From assembly GCA_024679065.1 (NCBI GenBank), contig JAGIQG010000011.1:71300001-71364000 (forward strand): DNA of 64,000 nt, read 5' to 3'. This DNA is from Sphyrna mokarran (Eukaryota). The position numbers and the translations under genes were made by a program. The notes beneath the pieces were generated by a model. The model was not told where the DNA came from. It ran no database searches and worked only from the letters and a program-made list of their open reading frames with translations. Shown here in pieces: positions 13,662-24,852 of the stretch. Position 1 is the stretch's first letter. Every line of letters starts with the position of its first letter.

Positions 13662-14724
13662 GGGCCCAATTTTACCATTTAGATTCCAAGTACTGAATCT
13701 GGGCGCAATTCAGATCCAACTTGGAAAACTGCTATCAGGCACCGGCCCCCCCGCCCCTTCTCCAATACACCCTTAGCCTGAAAAAACATTGCGAGTGGCA
13801 GGGTTCATCACGCCCGAAACGCTACAACTCTCATCAGAGCTTTGAACTGCACACGCGCAGTGAGAAAAAAATGCACCCCTGTCACATCGTTCCCAGGCTG
13901 CAAAAAACAGACAAAACAGCCCAGGAACTATGGTCCCCACAGATATTGCCCCACCCCCACAACTAAACTGTCCTGTTTTTTCAGCCTCCTCCCTCCCATT
14001 CTCCCAGACTGATCACAACACTCTGCCCTCCCTTCCCGCCCACCGATCGCCACTGATCGTGGCAGCAGACCCCACCTGCTCCCACACCAGCCGTGATCAG
14101 GTTTAACCTCCCCATCCCACTCCCTCCCCCACCGGAAATACATTTGACTTACCTCCATCCCTCTTCCTTCCTCCCACCAACCCCGCACTACCCCCCCCAC
14201 CCACCCACCAAAGAATGATCTGGCCTCTCGTCCCCTTCAGGGAACGATCAAGCCTCCCTCAACCCTCACCTGAGAGCAATTTGGCCCTCCTCCTCCACTC
14301 CCCTCCCCCACTATTTGGCTTCTTTCTCCCCTCTCGCCCTCACCAGAGAATGATACGATCTGCCTCCCTCCTCACCCCACCCTCACCCTTTCCCCTACCC
14401 TCCCTATTACCAATCTGAGTCAGATTAGAAGCTCTGAACTTACCTCTTCAGAAGCTGGAGCACCCAAAGCAAACAGCATGGCTGTTTTGTGTTGAATCTG
14501 GACAGGCAAACCTGATGGTAAAAGGGAAAGTGCAGGTAAAGTTGGGCAGGCAGGCCATTAATTCAATTTAAATGCATGTGCCTATTTCATGTGCAGTTCG
14601 GATTGTGGCCATTTTTGGGCCTTGGTAAAGTGGGCATCTGCACAGACAGGGGCATGGATCGCACTAAATCACCTCACACCTGACTTCACCAAGTTTTTGT
14701 GCCTGAAATAGTAAAATCAATCCC
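13662..14724. mobile_element. Non-autonomous DNA transposon (putative PIF/Harbinger type), about 1.06 kb
   Basis: Imperfect TIRs gggcccaattttaccatt / aatagtaaaatcaatccc, flanked by a 3-bp direct repeat TGT (13659-13661 and 14725-14727). The GC-rich interior contains C-rich diverged tandem units. Confidence 0.65.
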
Positions 14725-15054
14725 TGTATCTCTGTGATACTAGAAAATTGAAATAAGAATAGAACGTGATGGAAACATTAACCAGTAAGGAAAGGTCTAT
14801 GGAGGGAAAAGAAAAACTCATGTTTATACAGCATCTTCCACAGACTCTTGCACTGGAATTTTACCTTCTCAGTTAGCTGAAGCTTGAAAGATCCCACCCG
14901 AGACCAACAGAGAATGCCATTCTGTGAGCCTCGCCTGCTCCAATTCCAGGATGGGCATGCTGGTAAAACTCTGGCCTTGATGTCCCAAAGTGTTTTACAA
15001 TAAATGAAGGACTTCCACTGTGTGAAATGAAAGGCACCGTTCATGAGGACCAAG

Positions 15055-15245
15055 GCTGCTTTCCCCTTTTGAGGGAGAGTTGACTGCTAGTGATTTAATC
15101 TGAGGGTTACCGCAGCTCAGACGAGGGGCAAGGCTGACAAGGTGGAACATTCAACCTCAACCAGCACGGAAATTGTACCTGTGCTGTTGGTGTGTCACTC
15201 TGCATAACAGAGCAGCCATCCAGCCAACTGAACGAACCGACTGCC
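15055..15245 (-). mobile_element. tRNA-derived SINE fragment
   Basis: Minus-strand head ttcagttggctggatggctg...gccaacagcacaggtacaatttcc resembles pol III A/B boxes of a common shark SINE. Confidence 0.55.
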
Positions 15246-15279
15246 CCCTGCAAAGTGTAGTTATAATTGGAATGTTTGA

Positions 15280-15500
15280 AAGCGGAATTAACATTTCAGG
15301 TCAATTATCTTTTCCTCAGAACTGGAGATGAACAATGTTTAAACCAGTGAGGGAAACTTGTGAGGCAAGTGAAAATCAGTGCAAAAAACAGAATTTCTCA
15401 AGCTGGTCATACTGGAAACATTCAGCAGGTCAGCCAGTATTTGCAGAGAGAGAAGCAGAATTAACATTTCAGGTCGGTGACCATTCATTTGAATTGAAAA
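15280..15500 (-). mobile_element. Tandem pair of Penelope-type family B units, each with a hammerhead-like core
   Basis: An 18-nt exact repeat gaattaacatttcaggtc occurs at 15285 and 15458. Minus-strand cores are ctgagga-a...gacct-gaaa-tgttaa and caaatga-a-tggtc-acc-gacct-gaaa-tgttaa. Confidence 0.65.
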
Positions 15501-16626
15501 ATGTTCCACATCGTCCTAAATTAGCACAGATAAATGAGTCATTAGTGCCATCAGGTTAACTGGTAAACTCATCCATAATGATGCTCTTGGCATCAAATTC
15601 TCCTGTAAATTCAGAGACTGGAAATCTCTGCTGTGACTGTACACTCACATATTCTCGGCAGTTTAAAGTTATTAGGGAAGTCAATAATAGCAAAACAATT
15701 CCTCTTTGTTTTTTTTTGTTAGTGCTGCAGGGGCATTTGGAAGCTAAGATAATAATTTGTCATCCTCAGTCTAGCAAGGGTGAGTTGAGAAATTGTTTTA
15801 GACATTTTTGACTGAGTGAGCCTATGGTTGCTATGGCAGGGTCTGAGGTGCCAGTGGCATAGAAGGTAAGTGCAGTAGATTCCTTCACTGGCACTGACAG
15901 TAAAACTGATATGAGACTACAATTCTTAATCCATCTTAAACTATTCAGAGCTTTGTTTATTAATCCGAGGTCTGTCCAGTCATTATCATGAACTAATGCT
16001 ACATCTATAAATATCAACGGGTATATTATTTCATTAAATTCTAATATATGCATATATAATGGCAGCTATTTATTTGAAATCATGAAAAGCATCTAAAAAA
16101 CCGTTGTTTTACATTTCCTCTCTTTATTTTCGGAATAAAGCCTTAAGTAACAAATGAGACAGATTAGACTTCAGCACAGAATTTTGTGAACAGACTCACA
16201 TTTTGTGCCAGAGTGTCTAATGTACACAGATATAAAATGTGTTAACACTCAAAAAAAGTCAAGGATGCAGAGCGTGCCTGAAACAACACTTGGAGCAAAA
16301 TGTCTCCAGGCATGCTGGTACAGAATTAACATGTGAGTGTGAAAAATTAAATTGCATTTAGCTCATCCTTCTCTGAGCAAGTATATCTACTGCAAAGACA
16401 TGCGCACCCAAATCACAGATTGTCCAATGAGCAGCAGCTTGGATAGCACGTAGGCAGGGCAGTATCATTTGCTTTGATTCTTCTGTTCATCCCAATGGGA
16501 GTGCACCTGCTCACTCCCACCCCTGTCATTTCAGTGCCTTTGAGTGCTTTATATAAAATTGCAATTAGTTTTATGCATCCCCTCTGTAACTATGATCCCA
16601 GTCTAAACTATAGCCAGTTTTCAATT

Positions 16627-16904
16627 ATAGAATCACTGAATTTACAGTGCCGTCAAGACTGCACTAACAACGATCTCACCCAAGTCCTATCCCCATAACC
16701 CCACACATTTACCCTGCTAATCCCACCAATACTAGGGGGCAATTCAGCATGGCCAGTCAACCTAGCCTGTGCATCTTTAGAGTGTGGGGAGAAACCCGAG
16801 CACCCAGAGGAAACCCATGCAGACAGGGACCCGAGGCTTGAATTAAATCTGGGTTCCTACCACTCTGAGGCAGGAGTGCTAATCATTGTGCCACTGTGCT
16901 ACCC
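16627..16904 (-). mobile_element. HE1-type V-SINE (internally deleted)
   Basis: Reverse complement has a tggcacaatgattagcact head, the gggtttcctctgggtgctcgggtttctcccca V-domain and a gattctat tail. Confidence 0.88.
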
Positions 16905-17984
16905 ATATTACAGGGAAAAATATGTAAAATTCAAATGATGGCACACAAAAACTAGCTTGTCCTTCTCCTTATATTTTCAAAGGGCAAAGGCTAACTTTAA
17001 ATATTTAGATGAGGATGGGTAATAAATGCTGGCCTAGCCAACGATGCCCATTGCCTATGAACAATATTTTTTAAATTCACCAAATTGATCTAAATTGGAT
17101 CAATACTGGATTATTAGTTCAGAACACATATTAAATAGAAATCCACTCAACTTCCTCCTCACAGTTTACTTGTAGTGCAGTTCCCTTGATCAATCCTTCT
17201 TTCATCTTCTCCTGTAATCCCATATCTATCCCAGTGCACTAATTTTCATTCCAGTAAGCTCATGGAGGGGAAGCGTTGGTATGACAATTTCAGCACTGAC
17301 ATGTATAGACAGTCATTTATCGTCCAATAAGTTTTCATTTATTTATTCGGTAGAGCATTTAAATATTAAAATAAAAGCCCTTTTCTGTGTCAGTGTTGAA
17401 TACATTTGTGTGAAGGAGAGAAGTTTCTGCTTTTGAAATAGTCATCTACATCCCTTGTTTCCTTTTCTTGTCTTGTTAAAGGTCACCTCCCCACCCTAAT
17501 TGTAGTTACAGGCAAATTAAAAGGTCAGTTACCATTAAAATTAATTTAGTTATTTTCCAACTAAACAAAGCTGCTGGTATTAATTCTTCTCCACCTGGAG
17601 CAATACTAATTATCCACCCTACCTTGGAGATGTTGTCATGAACTTACTCTGGATCATTTCCTCTTTCCAGTGAAGAGTTTTCAAAATGTATTTTTTCTTT
17701 CTCTTAATGCTTGACTATGATTTAGAGATAGTTTAGTTATAAGTGAATTTTGTCTATCTTAAGAAGTGATGCCAATCAATTTCTCCACACAGCCCAGAAA
17801 GAAAAATGGCTTTGTTAAAAAGCATTTTTTCTGGCATCAATGTCTTTGTTCCTCTGCAGACTAATTAAAAAATCCAAGATTTACGATATCTAATAACGAA
17901 GAATGTGAAGCTATCTTTCACAGTTTTGGTCAAATCCTCCATAGTCTTGTGCCATTTTGGGAGGAGGTTTGAATAAAAGAAATT

Positions 17985-18095
17985 CTTTGGAGAGGTGAAG
18001 TACCCTTTTGAATAGGTACAGGGATACCCTTGGGAAAGATTTGGTACCCTTTGAGAGAAGTAAGGTACCCTTTGGGAGATTTAAGGTGCCCTTCT
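17985..18095. repeat. Diverged minisatellite, about 21-bp period, about 5 units
   Basis: Units of the form tgggagaXXtaaggtaccctt; taccct(t) recurs every 21-23 bp. Confidence 0.75.
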
Positions 18096-18284
18096 GGATT
18101 ATTAATAATAGACATGAATGTGTGTAAGAAAAAGATAAACTCAATGGAGCTGTTAAGTTATCAAGGGAATTGTCAAGGGAGCTGTCATGCTGTCAAGGAA
18201 GCTGACAAATGAGATGTTAAGCCATTAAGGGAATAATCAAAGGTCACCGGAACTATAAGGTTGTGAAGGCATTTAAAGCTCCTT

Positions 18285-18411
18285 GGGCAGCACTTTTTGG
18301 CCGCACTCTCCCCAAAACAATAAAATCCTGCCTGAGATCAATAGACTTTTGCATATTTCATGTCCCGCCGACAATGATTCCCGTAGCAAGCGGGATGGGA
18401 AAATTCTGCAC
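18285..18411. mobile_element. About 125-bp MITE family copy
   Basis: gggcag...aaaattctgcac termini with CTT on both sides; internal aaaatcctgcc..tcaat.gac and atgattccc motifs shared with copies at 24332 and 30154. Confidence 0.65.
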
Positions 18412-21400
18412 CTTGTCTTCAAATTTAAAAAGCAGCAGATAGTTTAAACAAAAATCGTGCTTGCTATTTCAGTCTGTTTGTTGCCACATACCTGAGGGTT
18501 ATCATTCTTGGATTTGTGCTACTTGACTGATATCACAACCTAGCAATATCCCCATTGAGCTGACAGCTCACAGTTTGATTGACAACTCCAAGTGGTTAAT
18601 AGTCTCTGGTGTTAGACTATGAATACAATTGCTTGTTGTTCGAAGGGGTCAAGAAGTCGAAATGTAGTGAACGGGTTTTAAATTCATCAACACATCTTGA
18701 TTTTATTTCTTCTCAACATGGGTCCTGAGTTCTGCCCATATAGGATATGGGGTGAATTGGCATGGAGGATGTAAGAGTGGTAGGTGGGCAGGTGTTGACG
18801 TGTTTTGGCACTAAGTTGTCATAATGGTTATAAAAGACAAGAGAGGTGGATAAAAGGGCATATTTGGCATGGATAGAGCATAAGAAATGTGTCGCGGAAT
18901 TGGGTGTGATGGGGTGATGACTGGGAGACTGTTTTTGTTTACAAATAAATGTCATAGCATTCAATTTCCTTTCCTGGCATTCATCAAGTTGAGTCAGCCC
19001 TCCTAGAAATGAAAGGACTTGAGTTAACAGCTGAAGAATAATTGGTTGTTCCTGTGTGAGGCTTAATATGGCCACTGGCCTCATTAATTGACAATCTGAT
19101 TCTAAATTTACAGGGTCCACAATAAAGCGTAATATCACCATCCATTTGCTCAGCCGAGTGACTGCTTACAAATCACATAGCAACCTGCAAACCCTACACT
19201 TTTAGAAGTTACTGTTCTGTACACTGCTTTAAGCTCCATCTTCAAAGGAGACCTCAGGAAACCTGACAACAGCATAGTTGGTATCTTCCTCAGGAATGGT
19301 CCCACTGGAAGTTGGTGGACAATGAGATCCAAATTTCATGACATGTTAATGGTCAGTTTCAGCTCCCAATGTCCCCTGACTTTTTTTTGCAGCTGGGTCA
19401 CCGAGGCTGGCCTTTCACCCCCAGCATGCTTCACACAACAGCCCCTATGCTGCCTTCGAACTGTTTCCATGGACAGCAAGCCCAAATCCCACTATACTTC
19501 GCAACTATCCCCACAGTCCAACAGAATTAAAATCTGAATTTTCCACCCAGGTTTTCATGAATCAAGTTCATGGAGCCGGGAATTCTCTCAACTTCGCACT
19601 CCCAAATCTCGGGTAAAACTCCAGGCATTTATGCTCTCTCTTTCCAAAAGAAAGTGGTTTTTTTAACTTAATTTTAGAGGACAAGTGCTCTCCAAAATAA
19701 TTCTAATTGAGACTAGAGATTATTGAAACTCCAAGTTTAAAAATAACTGTTGGTGATATTAGAGAATAAAAATGAGGCAAAATGTTAACCCATTTATTTT
19801 AAATAGGTTAAAATATCCCTTAAGTTAACTGACAAAAATGTAATATAAATGAGGTAAGCATTCATTCATGATATAGCAAATAATACTTTCTAGACCATAT
19901 CACGGTGTTTTGAACATAATCTGAATCTAAAAGAGAATGAGTGACACTAGTTTATTTATAGTGTAACTTCATTAAATGGTTAAAGGGTTCAATAATGAGA
20001 GTATACAACAGATTATTTCAACACAAATTAATTGACAAAAGGAGAGAAGATATGCACTAATCTTTTCATGAAATAAGGTACATTTAATCACCTATGCACT
20101 GTTGTCAGGACGTATATTAATAGATTTGCAGATAGGGTTTGTGTGTGTAAAAAATATCATCAGCCTTTCAGGTCTGCACTTCCAGATGACCAGAAAAGTG
20201 ACCCAATATAGTTTATAACTTCAAAATGCATTGTATGAAGGAGAGGAGAAAGGAGAAATGAGAGAAAGGAAATATCTTAAACATAACTGGACCAAACCTT
20301 AGAAAAAAAAGAAAGAAAATGGAAAAGGGAAAACAGGAAGAATTACAGATCCTGCAATTGTATTAGCTTGAGAAAAAATATGAAAGTTTACTTGTTCATC
20401 TATAATTCCTTTCTTGCAGAGGTATCAAACTAATTAAATTAAAGGAGTTACATCTCTGCTAAAATATCAAAGCGGGAAATTTCAAAAAATATGATCAGCA
20501 GTTTGGTGTAATTTCAAAGGCAAAGTCATTATTTTTATTCATAATTAAAATTTTTTATGTATCTATAATAATTGAGGGTTAATATTACGATATGAAACAG
20601 TACTATTTCTAACGGTTAAGTAAGTTTATTACAGCACTATATTTCACTGTTTTATTGCAAGAGTTGAAAACATGTCTGCTACAGGGACACTGTCACCTCA
20701 CTGGATCTGCTGGCAATTTAAGAGTTAAAGATCTGCAAAAGCGATGCCTTTTTTTTTGCCCTGCTTTGCAAGAAATTATTAGCTGCTGTTAATGACGATT
20801 CTACTTACATGAGAGTCATATAGAAAATTTAGACACCTAGTTCATCGATGTGTTTGGTTTAAATAACTGGTTCACTGGATTATGTGGCATGACGGCAGAG
20901 CGTCATTTTATCACTGCTTCAGTCATCAAGATAGTGGGATATTGTCAGTAAATTCTGAAAACTAGTCAATATAATACTCATTAAATTTGTCAACATGTTG
21001 ACTTCTTATGCTCGTGTATACGTGATTTCAGCAAATTATGGAAACCAAGTGTATGTTTTGATTGGTGCATTCATTTATGCACCAAATTTTGCAGAATTAC
21101 ATTATCAGTTGACATTCTGATAAATTTTTGCTGATTTCATAATCTCTTTGCAACCTATTGAATGCAGTAAGGGGAGAATGTTGATTATTCGTACTATGCA
21201 GTGTTAAGCAAAAAAAATGTTCTTGTTTGAATATAGCAAACACTTCTAGTCAAATAACAATTAGCAAAGTGTTTTCCTCGGTGAATTGAAAGATCTTAGT
21301 GAGTGAACCTTGCTAAATTTTTGGTATGCAGCTTGCTCAGGACGTCAAGCCACTTTGCTTTCTTATTTAACAAAAACTTGTCAGATGTTAAACAAATCAG

Positions 21401-23620
21401 ATTGAAGTGTGGTTTGAATTCATCTGGAACTTGTCAAACCTCATAGCAGTGCAGTGGTCCATTGCAGGGATCAGAAACAAAGGCAAAGAGGATGGGAAGG
21501 GAGGGCAGTGGGTTGGGGCATGTAATGAGCAGAGTGGAGATTGGGAACATAACCAAGGTTGCAGCCGATGCCTCAGGTGTGTGCCTAGGTGTATTAAGGC
21601 GCTTAAAAGGAAAGATGGTGTTCTGATTTAGAATAGGAAAATGTCTTTTGAGAATCAGCAAAGTTTGAACAGAGAAGTCTCTGCCCAGAACGCCACATGC
21701 TCATTTCATAAAATCTAAAAACCTGGCATCCTCACAGGCATCTGCCACTCGATCTAATGCCAGTCTATAGTATACTTAGAAACATCTGCTTCCCTGCACA
21801 AAAGGGACAGAGTGCGCTTGACAGGTCTGTGTTAGCAAGACGTGCTCTGCCAGTTTTTTTTTATGAAAAATTCTAATGCTTCCCGTCAAACCATTAGCAA
21901 TGATACAATCAGCACAGACCCATTAGAGCATCAGTATCCACCTGTGATAAAGAAAGCCATTTGTTTTCTTAAAGCTCACTTAATGTCCATTTAACTCAAT
22001 TTGTCAGGAAATGTGCTACAATTTCCTCCCAGCCTGCAATTTTGTAGTGTTGTTTTTTTTCCAAGTCGGAGGGACAGCAGAACATGAAGTCAGAAAGTGT
22101 CTGAAAGTCAGGGCTGCGCAAGGGCTGTGTGGGATTGTTGACATCTGCTGAGGTGGGAGAGATCAGTAAGCAGGAAATGGGGTGTCACTCCTCGTGGTAG
22201 TTTGCCATTATCTTGGCATTTCTAATGAAGTGTCTGCAGCACAGAGCCTCTGGATGGCATCTTAACGCACGGATAAGCAAAAGCACTTCTCCCCCTTGTC
22301 ACTGTCATCCATCTGCATGCACCCCTACTGCAGCCAATGGGATGGAACCGGGCTACTACATTCAGTAAGCCATTTAGACTTTATGCATCACATGATCGGT
22401 CACACCAAATATGAAGAAAAAAATTGTATTTTATCGGTCATTCTGTTGTAACACTGGCACCTAGAGCTTGATGTGCGGATGCTGGCCTCAGTCGTGCTTC
22501 AGCTAATGATTCTGAATAAATTCTATATTAAACCACTGACAGAGAGCTTCAGTAACTGCTGGCAAAAACACAAATTGACAACTAATTTTACAAAACATGA
22601 CTACCGTCTCATTTGTAGACAGAGTATTAAATTATTCAATTAATAATGCACCATAACAAAAAAGTACCTTAATATTCTGTTTGAATAATTTAATGTTCAA
22701 ATTTTTTTCTCTTTTTTTTAATTCTATTGTTGCGGTAAATCACAGTAAATAAAAATGATTAGCTAGGTGGCGCAGTTGACTCAGACCTGGAGAGAAATCC
22801 AGCCCAGGGTAAGTAAATGGAAGGCTGAGTTGTTGTTATCATTCACAAGTTGACAGGAGTTTGCCACATTGTAGTCAATCTGGATTCAGGGTCAGGTTCA
22901 GGTTCAATGTGCGACTGTTGGATTCCACGCAGACAAGTGACTATTATCTTGGTAAAATGGAAGACAGCAATGAGCAACTTAATGGATACATGCCATTACT
23001 TTTGTGGCATGTAACAGCATGTGCCCAGATGCTCATACATGGTGGCACAACAACCCCCTGCCAGCACCCAGCAATGATACTCCTCTGAGCTTATCTCTTC
23101 AAATGAATTCAAACTGATACTCAATCATCTTCAGCGCCCACTGGAACACTACTCCAGGATTGTGAGTGAAAGTTCCTAAGATTCAGTGTGAATTAACATG
23201 TTGTGGGCAAAACGCCAAAGCACAAATTAATTGAGAATTTCATAAGTTGTACTGTATACCAGGTTATGAATCTGATGAACTGGGTGAGACCAATCAGACC
23301 CTCAAAATAAATTTCAGTGAACACTCAATTAGCTCTCAATGGAACTAATGTGTGCCCAGAAATTACTGACTAATTCATGCCTTCTTCAATGTGTTCCTCC
23401 ATTGGTTTGGGAGTAAGACATGGCATGTTGGTGTACTTCAGACAAGGGCTTGTGAAATAGTAATGGTTACTAACCTCAACAAGTGAACAGAGGCGTGAGG
23501 TGACTCAGCTAATACCTCAACCATCTGGTGACGGCAGGGCTGGCTTAAATCTGATGTTCTGTGACATCTGTGCACTCACTTGATGAGGCAGGAGTTACAT
23601 AATCTGGCATCAAATAACAA

Positions 23621-23779
23621 AATGTTGGACTGGGGTGAACACAGTAAGAAGTCTCACAACACCAGGTTAAAGTCCAACAGGACTCACTTGATGAAGGAGC
23701 AGCACTCCGAAAGATAGCATTTTGTGCTACCAAGTAAACCTGTTAGACTTTAACCTGGTGTTGTGAGACTTCTTACTGT
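23621..23779. mobile_element. Fold-back Penelope-type element (family A) with hammerhead-like core and TSD
   Basis: 41-bp inverted arms at 23641-23681 and 23739-23779 with 1 mismatch; core ttgatga-a-ggag-cagca-ctcc-gaaa at 23688-23712; flanking direct repeat tcaaataacaa / tcaaagaacaa. Confidence 0.8.
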
Positions 23780-24331
23780 CAAAGAACAACACAGGATAGC
23801 AACAGGCCCTTCAGCTCATCAAGCCTATGCTGACATATGACACCTTTCCAAACTAAAGACCTTTTGCCTCTATGGATTCCATTTCCCTCTATTCCGTGAT
23901 CATTCATGTATCATCAAAAGAAATAGCCATACCAACCTTAACCATTCAATGTCTGCCTTATAACTCAACCTGCCCACTAATCTGGATGATTTGTATTTAT
24001 CTGGAGGAAACAAAGAAAAACAAAGCATGGAACCATCTTTAACAGCAATTTGTCCAAATTGTATTTCACACAATGGCACAGAACTGTCCCAAGCAGGCTT
24101 CTGAAAATGTGTAAGACAATGGGCATTGTCTGATCCTCCTCTTTTGCTGTTTTTCACCCTCTTGGTTATGAGTATTAAAGAGTTGAAAATTATTATTGGG
24201 AAAAGGCCACTCAGGCATAACAACAGCATTACATGTCTACATTGACATAGGGATAATCAGGGAGAACAGTATTTCAAATTGTCAGGAAAGGAAGTGTTAA
24301 TGCAAAATTGAAATACTATGACGTCTTCCCT

Positions 24332-24461
24332 GGGCAAGATTTTCCAGCCACGCTCAGATGAAAACTGGAAAATCCTGCCAGAAGTCAATGGACATTTGCA
24401 TGGTCCCTCCCCCACCACCTACTGTGATTCCGGTGATGGGCAGGTCAGGAAAATTCCTCCC
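24332..24461. mobile_element. About 125-bp MITE family copy
   Basis: TIRs gggcaagattttcc / ggaaaattcctccc; internal similarity to the 18285 and 30154 copies. Confidence 0.7.
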
Positions 24462-24764
24462 TCCCTTCCCTGATATATAATGGGCAAATGCAGACAAATT
24501 TGTGGTACTGTGGGATCTTTCACAATTGGAATATTACATCAATATAAGGTCTCAGTAGTTGGTGCTGTGGGACCTCAGACAAAGCAAGCTGACCAATTTC
24601 CACTATCTTCTGCTGCCCATTATATTATAGCATTGGAGGCAGAATTAAGTCCTTAACTGGTCATGAGTTGGACAGTTAAGGGCCTCAATAGGCTTCAAGT
24701 CATGTGGCTGGAAATACCACACTGTAATTTGAAGGACAGCTCAGGGATGGGTGGAAAGACACAT

Positions 24765-24852
24765 GCTGGAGTGTGGTGACTAGGGGATTTTCACAGTCAC
24801 TTCATTGCAATGTTAATGTAAGTTTACTTGTGACATTAATAAATTAACTTAC
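24765..24852 (+). mobile_element. Isolated 3' tail of the second V-SINE subtype
   Basis: gctggagtgtggtgactaggggattttcacagt.acttcattgca...acttgtgaca matches the tails at 38340-38430 and 63055-63140. Confidence 0.8.

Noticed and set aside
22760-22778. CTCF-like motif tagctaggtggcgcag
   Set aside because: It lacks the conserved 5' CC of the core; a single partial match is expected by chance in 64 kb.
23641-23779. Pre-miRNA hairpin
   Set aside because: The arms belong to a dispersed repeat family with a TSD, so transposon fold-back structure explains the hairpin.
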